A DNA stretch of 64,000 nucleotides from Hyalangium minutum (GCF_000737315.1 NZ_JMCB01000007.1:248001-312000), one strand, 5' to 3'; shown: positions 10,452-16,817, counted from the first letter of the stretch. A program made the numbers and translations. The notes: a model not told the origin generated them from the letters alone.

Positions 10452-10607
10452 AGAAAAGGTGCTGGCAGCTGCGGACCCGCCTGCCAGCGCGCGGGGAGGC
10501 TCTACAGGTGGGGGCCGCCTCTGGCGCACCCCCGCTCCACCTTGTGCTCCGTTCCGGGGCGGAGCGGTGGCGGGGACCACCTCTGGTGACCCCCCATTTC
10601 CCGGGCC

Positions 10608-11150
10608 TCACTCCTCCAGCTCCGTGTGCCAGTAGGCGACATCACGGAGGAACTTCCGCCACGAGACGGGCATGCCCTTCTCGTAGATGAAGGTGAACTG
10701 CAGCGACTCCGGCAGCCGCTTGGGCTTCACCGGCTGCGTGCGCAGCGCCATGCCAGCCTGCGCGGGCGTCCGGTTGCCCTTCTTCTGGTTGCAGGGCACG
10801 CACGCGATCACCACGTTCTCCCAGGTCGTCTTGCCACCCTGGGCGCGGGGAATCACATGGTCGTACGTCGCCTCCGGCCGCGACACCTTCTTATGGCAGT
10901 ATTGGCACTTGCACCCGTCGCGCAGGTACACGTTGTCGCGGCTGAACTTCACGCCGCGGTGCCGCCACCGGAAGAAGCTCACGAACCGAATGATGGACGG
11001 CATCTTCAGCTCGAGAGTGACTGAGCGGACGAAACGGTCCTCGTACTCCTCGACCACCTCGACCTTGCCCTGCCAGATCAACATCATCGCGCGTTGCCAC
11101 GGAACCCGTGCAACGGGCTCGTAGGCCTGGCTCAACACCAGCGTCTCCAT
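10608..11150 (-). CDS. HNH endonuclease (McrA-like) embedded in the tRNA array
   Basis: METLVLSQAY.P, FSRDNVYLRD..KCQYC, TYDHVIPRAQGG, WEN.V.AC..CN..KGN. Confidence 0.9.
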   Translation of the reverse strand: METLVLSQAYEPVARVPWQRAMMLIWQGKVEVVEEYEDRFVRSVTLELKMPSIIRFVSFFRWRHRGVKFSRDNVYLRDGCKCQYCHKKVSRPEATYDHVIPRAQGGKTTWENVVIACVPCNQKKGNRTPAQAGMALRTQPVKPKRLPESLQFTFIYEKGMPVSWRKFLRDVAYWHTELEE

Positions 11151-11171
11151 GACACGGGGCCTTTCGGGAAA

Positions 11172-11246
11172 TGTCCGCGGCGAGGTTCGAACTCGCACGT
11201 GAGCTGGGTTTGAGCCAGCCGCCTCTCCCATTTGGGCCACGCGGAC
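11172..11246 (-). tRNA. tRNA-Leu(CAA), short variable arm
   Basis: GCTGG-CTCAAAC-CCAGC; 5-nt variable region; A73. Confidence 0.8.
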
Positions 11247-11273
11247 GGTTGTTGGGAGCTTCTGAGAAGGAAG

Positions 11274-11349
11274 TACCGCGGGCGGGATTCGAACCCGCAA
11301 CCTCTGCATTCTGAGTGCAGCGCCTCTACCAAGGTTGGGCTACCGCGGC
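11274..11349 (-). tRNA. tRNA-Leu(CAG), short variable arm
   Basis: CTGCA-CTCAGAA-TGCAG; 5-nt variable region; GTTCGAATC. Confidence 0.85.
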
Positions 11350-11363
11350 ATGAAAGGGTGAAG

Positions 11364-11437
11364 TGCCGGAAGAGGGAGTCGAACCCTCACTCGCCAGACT
11401 CTCGAGCTGGTGCCTCTACCTATTGGGCTACTCCGGC
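11364..11437 (-). tRNA. tRNA-Leu(GAG), atypical loop
   Basis: CCAGC-TCGAGAG-TCTGG, C33, short variable region. Confidence 0.65.
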
Positions 11438-11444
11438 ATTTGAG

Positions 11445-11517
11445 TGCACGCCCTGGGGATCGAACCCAGCGAAATCGGTGTGTGGGACCGACGCCGTCTC
11501 CAGCTGGCTCGGCGTGC
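11445..11517 (-). tRNA. tRNA-Val(CAC), atypical loop
   Basis: TCGGT-CCCACAC-ACCGA, C33. Confidence 0.65.
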
Positions 11518-11526
11518 ATGAGAAGT

Positions 11527-11596
11527 TGCGGAGCAGGGAGTCGAACCCTGCAGCCCTGGCGTATGAGACCCGGTGGGGCGTCCGGCCCCTCTCCGC
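11527..11596 (-). tRNA. tRNA-Met(CAT), degenerate
   Basis: Loop CT-CAT-AC, imperfect anticodon stem and short D arm, T loop GTTCGACTC. Confidence 0.55.
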
Positions 11597-11619
11597 ATCA
11601 AAATCAACGTGCTGCTGAG

Positions 11620-11693
11620 TGCCCCTGGCAGGAATTGAACCTGCGGCCTCACGGTTCGGAGCCGTGCACTCTCATCCACTGAGCTACAGGGGC
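11620..11693 (-). tRNA. tRNA-Arg(CCG)
   Basis: CACGG-CTCCGAA-CCGTG; TAGCTCAGTGGATGAGAG D arm. Confidence 0.85.
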
Positions 11694-11703
11694 AAAACTG
11701 AAG

Positions 11704-11777
11704 CGGTCCCGGCAGGACTCGAACCTGCGACCCCACGGCTCGCAACCGTGTGCTCTCATCCACTGAGCTACGGAACC
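11704..11777 (-). tRNA. tRNA-Arg(GCG)
   Basis: CACGG-TTGCGAG-CCGTG; D arm same as neighbouring Arg(CCG). Confidence 0.8.
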
Positions 11778-11792
11778 AAAAAGACAAGGAAG

Positions 11793-11863
11793 TGGACCCG
11801 CCGGGATTCGAACCCGGGTCGCTCGGGTGCAAACCGAGCATTCTCCCGCTGAACTACGGGCCC
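11793..11863 (-). tRNA. tRNA-Ala(TGC)
   Basis: CTCGG-TTTGCAC-CCGAG; G3-U70 present (GGGCCCG/CGGGTCC). Confidence 0.85.
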
Positions 11864-11879
11864 AAAATTCACTGCTGAG

Positions 11880-11951
11880 TGGAGCCGCCGGGGATTGAAC
11901 CCGGGACCTCTCGGATGCGAACCGAGCGCTCTCCCGCTGAGCTACGACCCC
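11880..11951 (-). tRNA. tRNA-Ala(CGC)
   Basis: CTCGG-TTCGCAT-CCGAG; G3-U70 present. Confidence 0.85.
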
Positions 11952-11955
11952 ATGA

Positions 11956-12027
11956 AGCTGCTGGCGGGACTCGAACCCGCATTGTCCTGAGTGGCGCTCA
12001 GGTGCCTCACCTCTCGGCCACGGCAGC
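11956..12027 (-). tRNA. tRNA-Gly(GCC), atypical loop
   Basis: CCTGA-GCGCCAC-TCAGG, U73, G32/C33. Confidence 0.7.
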
Positions 12028-12050
12028 AAAACCTACGTCGGTACTTCGAG

Positions 12051-12123
12051 AGCCCTCGGCCGGAATCGAACCGGCGACACCCTGTTTACGAAACAGGTGC
12101 TCTGCCTACTGAGCTACAAGGGC
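12051..12123 (-). tRNA. tRNA-Thr(CGT)
   Basis: CCTGT-TTCGTAA-ACAGG. Confidence 0.85.
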
Positions 12124-12126
12124 AAA

Positions 12127-12196
12127 TGGCAGGCCGCCAAGGAGTTGAACCCTGCTGCTCGGATTTGGAGCCCAAGCTGCTCCCGGAGCGCGACCC
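12127..12196 (-). tRNA. tRNA-Trp(CCA), short D arm, encoded 3' CCA
   Basis: Loop CT-CCA-AA, G73 followed by CCA. Confidence 0.65.
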
Positions 12197-12216
12197 ATCA
12201 ACCAGTGAAGAAGAAG

Positions 12217-12289
12217 TGCCGTCTCCTGGAATTGAACCAGGTCCTCCTGCTTTTCAGACAGGCGCGCGAACCATCTACGCCAAGGCGGC
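12217..12289 (-). tRNA. tRNA-Phe(GAA)
   Basis: CCTGT-CTGAAAA-GCAGG. Confidence 0.8.
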
Positions 12290-12306
12290 AAAACATCGAC
12301 TGCGAG

Positions 12307-12377
12307 CGCTCCTGCAGGGAATCGAACCCTGTTCACGTGGTAGACGGCCACGCCGCGATCCAATCGCGTCCAAGAGC
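12307..12377 (-). tRNA. tRNA-Asp(GTC), atypical loop
   Basis: CGTGG-CCGTCTA-CCACG, G73, C33 and U37. Confidence 0.65.
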
Positions 12378-12400
12378 AAGGGAAGGGTGCTTCACTTCAG

Positions 12401-12472
12401 TCGGGGCACCTGGACTCGAACCAGGATTGCTCGCGTATCAGACGAGAGTCTTTGCCTTTGGACCATACCCCG
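12401..12472 (-). tRNA. tRNA-Ile(GAT)
   Basis: CTCGT-CTGATAC-GCGAG. Confidence 0.75.
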
Positions 12473-12493
12473 AAGTGCTACAAGTGTTACAAG

Positions 12494-12567
12494 TCTGGGT
12501 GGCAGGACTTGAACCTGCGACCTCACGGATCCGAACCGTGCGCTCTACCAAGCTGAGCCACACCCAG
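12494..12567 (-). tRNA. tRNA-Pro(CGG)
   Basis: C1-G72, CACGG-TTCGGAT-CCGTG. Confidence 0.85.
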
Positions 12568-12576
12568 ATAAACAAG

Positions 12577-12652
12577 TCGGGATGACTGGATTCGAACCAG
12601 CGGCCTCACGCACCCCAAGCGTGCGCTCTCATCCAAGCTGAGCTACATCCCG
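12577..12652 (-). tRNA. tRNA-Pro(GGG)
   Basis: C1-G72, CACGC-TTGGGGT-GCGTG. Confidence 0.85.
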
Positions 12653-12669
12653 ATGAAACATGCTGCGAG

Positions 12670-12742
12670 CGCCTCGTGCGGGAGTCGAACCCGCCTTTCC
12701 ACATTGAGAGTGTGGCGGCCTAAACCGATAGCCGAACGAGGC
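12670..12742 (-). tRNA. tRNA-Glu(CTC)
   Basis: CCACA-CTCTCAA-TGTGG, G73. Confidence 0.8.
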
Positions 12743-12755
12743 AAAAAGACTGGAG

Positions 12756-12826
12756 AGGCTTGTGCGGGAGTTGAACCCGCCACCAGACGGTTTTGCAGAC
12801 CGCCGCCGCCCCGGGCGGAACAAGCC
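12756..12826 (-). tRNA. tRNA-Cys(GCA)
   Basis: GCGGT-CTGCAAA-ACCGT, U73. Confidence 0.75.
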
Positions 12827-12832
12827 AAGATG

Positions 12833-12905
12833 CTCGGAGGGAGGGACTCGAACCCTCAACCCCGCGGTTAACAGCCGCGTGCTCTGCCAGTTGAGCTACC
12901 TCCGA
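12833..12905 (-). tRNA. tRNA-Asn(GTT)
   Basis: U1-A72, CGCGG-CTGTTAA-CCGCG, G73. Confidence 0.9.
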
Positions 12906-12917
12906 ATACTGCTTCAG

Positions 12918-12989
12918 CGCCGAGAGAAGGATTCGAACCTTCGTTTACGGGTTCAGAGCCCGCCGCCCTGCCAATTGGACCATCTCGGC
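12918..12989 (-). tRNA. tRNA-Gln(CTG)
   Basis: GCGGG-CTCTGAA-CCCGT, G73. Confidence 0.8.
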
Positions 12990-13004
12990 ATACCGACAAG
13001 GTGA

Positions 13005-13075
13005 AGCGGGTGACGGGACTCGAACCCGTGTCACTGGCTTGGGACGCCAGAGTCTTGCCACTAGACGACACCCGC
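13005..13075 (-). tRNA. tRNA-Gly(CCC)
   Basis: CTGGC-GTCCCAA-GCCAG, U73, GCGGGTG acceptor. Confidence 0.8.
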
Positions 13076-13087
13076 GTGTGCTGCGAG

Positions 13088-13158
13088 TACCCCCGGAGGG
13101 AATCGAACCCTCACCGTCCGCTTAAGAGGCGGATGCTCGACCAATGAGCTACGGAGGC
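13088..13158 (-). tRNA. tRNA-Lys(CTT)
   Basis: TCCGC-CTCTTAA-GCGGA. Confidence 0.85.
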
Positions 13159-13204
13159 GTTTGACCGCCCCCGTGCAAGCGGGCGGACGAACTTCACCAC
13201 TGCG

Positions 13205-13223
13205 ATTCAGTTGTCAGAGAACA
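13205..13223 (-). promoter_or_regulatory. rrn-type boxA antitermination-like element
   Basis: Minus strand TGTTCTCTGACAACTGAAT resembles rRNA-operon boxA context (GTTCTTTGAAAACTGAA), in the first array spacer. Confidence 0.5.
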
Positions 13224-13256
13224 AGGGACTGCCTTGGAACTGCTCACACTGCTGAG

Positions 13257-13342
13257 TGGGGATGCTGAGAGTTGAACTCAGTGGGCCGTCGAGCGGCTCC
13301 GGAGTTACAAGCCGGTGCGTCTCCGTAACGCGCTACATCCCC
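13257..13342 (-). tRNA. tRNA-Tyr(GTA), first gene of the array
   Basis: GGGGATG/CATCCCC acceptor, loop TT-GTA-AC with a mismatch closing the stem, long variable arm, A73. Confidence 0.7.
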
Positions 13343-13353
13343 AGGAAGTGATG

Positions 13354-13425
13354 CGAGGTGATGCTTTGAAAACAGCGAGGCCGGGTTCCCCTTCGGGAGC
13401 CCGGCCTCTGTGCGACGTCACCTCG
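13354..13425 (-). other. Nested stem-loop immediately 5' of the first tRNA (terminator/attenuator or processing hairpin)
   Basis: Inner hairpin 13377-13408 GAGGCCGGGCTCCC-GAAG-GGGAACCCGGCCTC followed by GCTGTTTT; outer pair CGAGGTGA/TCACCTCG. Confidence 0.55.
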
Positions 13426-13447
13426 GGAGGGGAGGAGCCGTCGGCAT

Positions 13448-13600
13448 TCAGAAGCCGGGTAGTCTGTTCCAGTACCACTGGGATTCGACCGAGAAAACCG
13501 GAGCGGTGACCAGACTGGGACGCGGGAGCGAATCGATGCAACCGGCAAAGTTGTCAGTGTGCTTGGGGTTCATCGCGCTCTGCAGCGTCACCGTTGTCAT
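13448..13600 (-). CDS. Putative 50-aa leader peptide of the tRNA operon
   Basis: SD GAAAGGAG 8 nt before ATG; MTTVTLQSAMNPKHTDNFAGCIDSLPRPSLVTAPVFSVESQWYWNRLPGF*. Confidence 0.5.
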   Translation of the reverse strand: MTTVTLQSAMNPKHTDNFAGCIDSLPRPSLVTAPVFSVESQWYWNRLPGF

Positions 13601-13626
13601 GGTCACCGCTCCTTTCAGCGAGAAAA

Positions 13627-13651
13627 GACGCGGCAATAAATGCTTCCTGAC
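13627..13651 (-). promoter_or_regulatory. Candidate ECF-sigma promoter 1 (tRNA operon)
   Basis: GTCAGGAA-N13-CGTC. Confidence 0.7.
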
Positions 13652-13787
13652 GCGCACGTGGATTTTCCACGCGCCCATCAGGCTCGAGTTCTTTTGCTGG
13701 CTTCTTTAAAGCGCTCAGCCAGCTTTATTAAGGAAGGGAATCTGTCTTCCTTTCGATGCCGAGCTGCGTGCCGAGGCCCAGGGCGGG

Positions 13788-13829
13788 AAAAAGAAAAAGG
13801 CCCCGGAGCACGAAGCTCCGAGGCCTTTT
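13788..13829 (-). terminator. Intrinsic terminator after the small Ubl-like gene
   Basis: AAAAGGCCTCGGAGC-TTCG-TGCTCCGGGGCC followed by TTTTTCTTTTT. Confidence 0.85.
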
Positions 13830-14149
13830 CATGTACCGATACTGGGCGCCGCCGACTCCAGATTCTCCGCCGTACCGCACCAGCTTCCCTGCTTCGCTGG
13901 GGCGCCGAACGGGACCTTCGGCCGCAGGTAGATGCGATCCTCGCCGCGTGCCCCACGGAAGCGGTCCACGACGTAGTTCTGGAAGGCATCGTCGCGAAGG
14001 TGGACCAGGTGCATGCCCGGCACGCCGCCGGAGCGCACGACTTCCACCGCGATGCGCCGCACGTCTGCGTCCGACACGTGCCCGTCCAACTCCACCGGCA
14101 CGTCGGCGGACATCCCGTCATAGGTGATGTTGAGCGTCGTCATCGCCAT
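13829..14149 (-). CDS. Small conserved-looking hypothetical protein, possibly ThiS/MoaD/ubiquitin-like
   Basis: SD AAAGGA; TLNITYDGMSADVPV...NYVVDRF...RIYLRPKVPFG pattern of alternating beta-strands and one helix; fold is a guess. Confidence 0.6.
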   Translation of the reverse strand: MAMTTLNITYDGMSADVPVELDGHVSDADVRRIAVEVVRSGGVPGMHLVHLRDDAFQNYVVDRFRGARGEDRIYLRPKVPFGAPAKQGSWCGTAENLESAAPSIGT

Positions 14150-14203
14150 CACATCCTTTCACTTGGAGCGGACCGCGAGTCGCGGCCGGTCCAGGTGGCC
14201 TGG

Positions 14204-14229
14204 GACGCGTACCTTGTCGCGTTCCTGAC
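14204..14229 (-). promoter_or_regulatory. Candidate ECF-sigma promoter 2 (Ubl-like gene)
   Basis: GTCAGGAA-N14-CGTC. Confidence 0.7.
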
Positions 14230-14279
14230 AGCCCCGACCAGTCGAAAGAGGGACAGACAGGCGGGTATGCTCCGCGCCC

Positions 14280-15824
14280 ATGAAAAGAACCCTTCCTGGT
14301 GTCAGAGTCGCTCTCACCCTCATGGCCCTCCTGGGGGTTTCCCTGGTGGGCTGTAGCAGCGAGGACGTCGCCCCGACTCCCGCAGGCGGGAGTGTCGATG
14401 TTCAGTTCGACGTGGCCGTGCCCGCCAGCACCCCCTGTAGCGCCACAGTGGAGGTGGTCGGCAATGATCCGGCGCTTGGGGGTGGAAAGTCTCCGGGTCT
14501 GGCGCTCAAGCGTGACGTGGACGGCCACTTCCGGGGCTCGGGTACATTCACGGTGGGGAAGGTACTCACCTACAACTTCGTGCTGACCCATCCCTCCGCG
14601 CAGGAGCCCATCGCTTTCCACAGCTACATGGTGGAGAACCGCCGGAACATCCAGCGCCAATGGACCGTCAGCAAGTGGTCCGTGGCCCCGGACCCGGAGC
14701 ACTTGCCTACCCTCTTCGTGGTCGATGTGCCCGCAAGCACGCCCGCGAATTCGGAGATCTGGCTGTCCGGCAACCAGGAGTCGTTGGGCAACTGGAATGG
14801 CGCGGGTGTGCAGCTGGCTCAGAGCTACTCGAGCGAGCGCAGTTATGTCACCTGCCTGGAGTTCTCGCCGGGCACCAACCTGGAGTTCAAGGCGACCCGC
14901 GGTTCGTGGGACTCGGTGGAGAAGGATGCCCAGGGTGGGGAGATCAACAACCGCTTCCACCGCGTGGACGCTCCGTCCACCGTGGCGGCCCAGGTGGGCT
15001 CGTGGCGTGACCTGGTTCCCGAGGAGCCGCGTCCGGACACGCTCACCGGCAACATCAAGTACCACGAGGTGGACGGGTCTGCTTATGGCCTGAAGAATCG
15101 CCAGCTCATTGTCTGGCTGCCTTCCAACTACGACACCGACACGAACGCCCACTACCCGGTGCTTTACATGCATGACGGCCAGAACCTGATGAATGTGAAG
15201 ACGTCTGCCTTTGGTGTTGAGTGGGGCGTGGACGAGACGGCGCAGCAGCTCGTCGAGGCCGGGCAGATCGAGCCCATCATCATCGTGGGCATCTACAACA
15301 CCGTGGACCGTGTCCTCGAGTACACGCAGATGCCCAGCCCGCCGCGCGACGGTGGCAAGGCGGATGACTACGGTCGCCTGCTGGTGGAGACCATCAAGCC
15401 GCTCATCGACTCGACATATCGGACGAAGCCGGAGCCGGAGTACACCGGTCTGGCGGGCTCGTCGCTGGGGGGGCTCGTGTCCATGTACTTGGGCCTCACG
15501 CACGGCGACACCTTCACGCGGCTCGGCGTTATCTCTCCCTCCGTTTGGTGGGCCAGTCGAGACATTGTCTCGCGCGTCAACGCGCTCTCCGACAAGAAGC
15601 CGCTGCGCATCTGGTTGGACATCGGGACCGAGGAGCTTGGGAGCGACGCGGATAACCAGGAGACCGTGGACGACACTCGGTTGCTGAGGGATGCGCTCAT
15701 CGCCAAGGGCTGGGTGCTGGATGGCGACCTCAAGTATCTCGAGGCAGAGGGCGGCCGGCACAACGAGGCTTCCTGGCGGGCCCGCATGGACCAGATCCTC
15801 AAGTACCTCTACCCGGCGCACTGA
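14280..15824 (+). CDS. Lipoprotein: CBM20-like domains plus alpha/beta-hydrolase (putative esterase)
   Basis: Lipobox LVGC; SGNQESLGNW, LEFKATRGSW (CBM20-like); YPVLYMHDGQN, GSSLGG, HNE..W. Confidence 0.85.
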   Translation: MKRTLPGVRVALTLMALLGVSLVGCSSEDVAPTPAGGSVDVQFDVAVPASTPCSATVEVVGNDPALGGGKSPGLALKRDVDGHFRGSGTFTVGKVLTYNFVLTHPSAQEPIAFHSYMVENRRNIQRQWTVSKWSVAPDPEHLPTLFVVDVPASTPANSEIWLSGNQESLGNWNGAGVQLAQSYSSERSYVTCLEFSPGTNLEFKATRGSWDSVEKDAQGGEINNRFHRVDAPSTVAAQVGSWRDLVPEEPRPDTLTGNIKYHEVDGSAYGLKNRQLIVWLPSNYDTDTNAHYPVLYMHDGQNLMNVKTSAFGVEWGVDETAQQLVEAGQIEPIIIVGIYNTVDRVLEYTQMPSPPRDGGKADDYGRLLVETIKPLIDSTYRTKPEPEYTGLAGSSLGGLVSMYLGLTHGDTFTRLGVISPSVWWASRDIVSRVNALSDKKPLRIWLDIGTEELGSDADNQETVDDTRLLRDALIAKGWVLDGDLKYLEAEGGRHNEASWRARMDQILKYLYPAH

Positions 15825-15926
15825 GAGGCCGCACGCCCGGTCCGCAAGGAGCCGGGCGGCAACCTACGTAGGAAGTAGGGTTCATTCCTCCTGACCTGGT
15901 GGGTACACTGGGTCAGGAGGTGGTAC

Positions 15927-16658
15927 ATGGACCTGAAGCTTCTGCATGACTGGAACGTCACGCCCCAAGAGGCTGTGGCGCTCCAGAACTCCCTGCGTGA
16001 GCGGCTCGTGCTTCGAGCTCCCTCGGGGTTGAGAGTGTCCCGAGTCGCCGGTGCGGATATCTCCACCGAGCGTGGCAATGACACCGGGTACGGGGCCTTT
16101 GTGGTCCTCGACGCGGAGTCACTGGCCCCTGTCTCTCAGCAGGGTGCTGAGGCCCCGCTTGGCTTTCCCTACGTGCCAGGTCTGTTGTCGTTCCGGGAGC
16201 TACCCGTGCTCGCGGCCGCTTGGATGCGCTTGGAGTCCGCGCCCGATTTGCTCGTCTTCGATGGGCAAGGCACAGCTCACCCTCGCCGCATGGGAATTGC
16301 CTGCCATGGCGGTCTGCTCTTTGGCGTGCCGTCCATTGGGTGTGCCAAGTCGCTGCTGGTGGGCTCGCACGGTCCCCTAGGTGAAGAACGCGGCGCAACG
16401 GCGGAGATCCGGCACCGAGGTGAGGTGATCGGCATGGCGGTGCGGACGCGCCGGGGCGTCAGTCCCGTCTATGTCTCTCCTGGCCACTTGATGGACCTGC
16501 CCACCGCCGTGGAGTGGGTCCTTCGCTTGAGCCCTCGCTACCGCGAGCCGGAGACGACACGGCACGCGCATCGGCTCGTCAATGTGCTGCGCCGCCAGGC
16601 CCATGGAGGTTTGCAGGGTGACGTGTGTGGCCAGTGGGGAAGGGCATGGTCACCTTGA
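15927..16658 (+). CDS. nfi: Endonuclease V (deoxyinosine 3' endonuclease)
   Basis: VAGADIS, FPYVPGLLSFRE, DGQGTAHPRRMGIA.H.G, IGCAKS.L.G, V.VSPGH, YREPETTRHAH. Confidence 0.95.
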   Translation: MDLKLLHDWNVTPQEAVALQNSLRERLVLRAPSGLRVSRVAGADISTERGNDTGYGAFVVLDAESLAPVSQQGAEAPLGFPYVPGLLSFRELPVLAAAWMRLESAPDLLVFDGQGTAHPRRMGIACHGGLLFGVPSIGCAKSLLVGSHGPLGEERGATAEIRHRGEVIGMAVRTRRGVSPVYVSPGHLMDLPTAVEWVLRLSPRYREPETTRHAHRLVNVLRRQAHGGLQGDVCGQWGRAWSP

Positions 16659-16767
16659 AGCCGCGACGGAGGTTGTCCATGGCTGAGAATCGTGAACCCA
16701 CCCAGGCCCCCGAGGTGAATGCACGGCAGGGGACCACTCAGAGAGACGTACCCCTAGCCCGCAAATG

Positions 16768-16811
16768 AGAGGCGCCACCTCCCCGGAGTGCTCCGGAGAG
16801 GTGGCGCCTCT
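16768..16811. terminator. Strong hairpin between convergent nfi and vWA genes
   Basis: AGAGGCGCCACCTC...GAGGTGGCGCCTCT with inner CCGGAG-TG-CTCCGG. Confidence 0.7.
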
Positions 16812-16817
16812 ATTGGC

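Noticed and set aside
10170-13342. Prophage or ICE origin of the array
   Set aside because: No integrase, att repeats or phage structural genes nearby in the window
13361-13375. boxA-like TGCTTTGAAAAC
   Set aside because: Lies on the non-transcribed strand relative to the array
10235-13548. Numerous short ORFs overlapping the tRNA array
   Set aside because: Explained by tRNA sequence; only the HNH and the SD-bearing leader ORF are supported
15887-15920. GTCAGGAG as a further copy of the ECF motif before nfi
   Set aside because: No CGTC at the required spacing; it coincides with the SD and a hairpin arm
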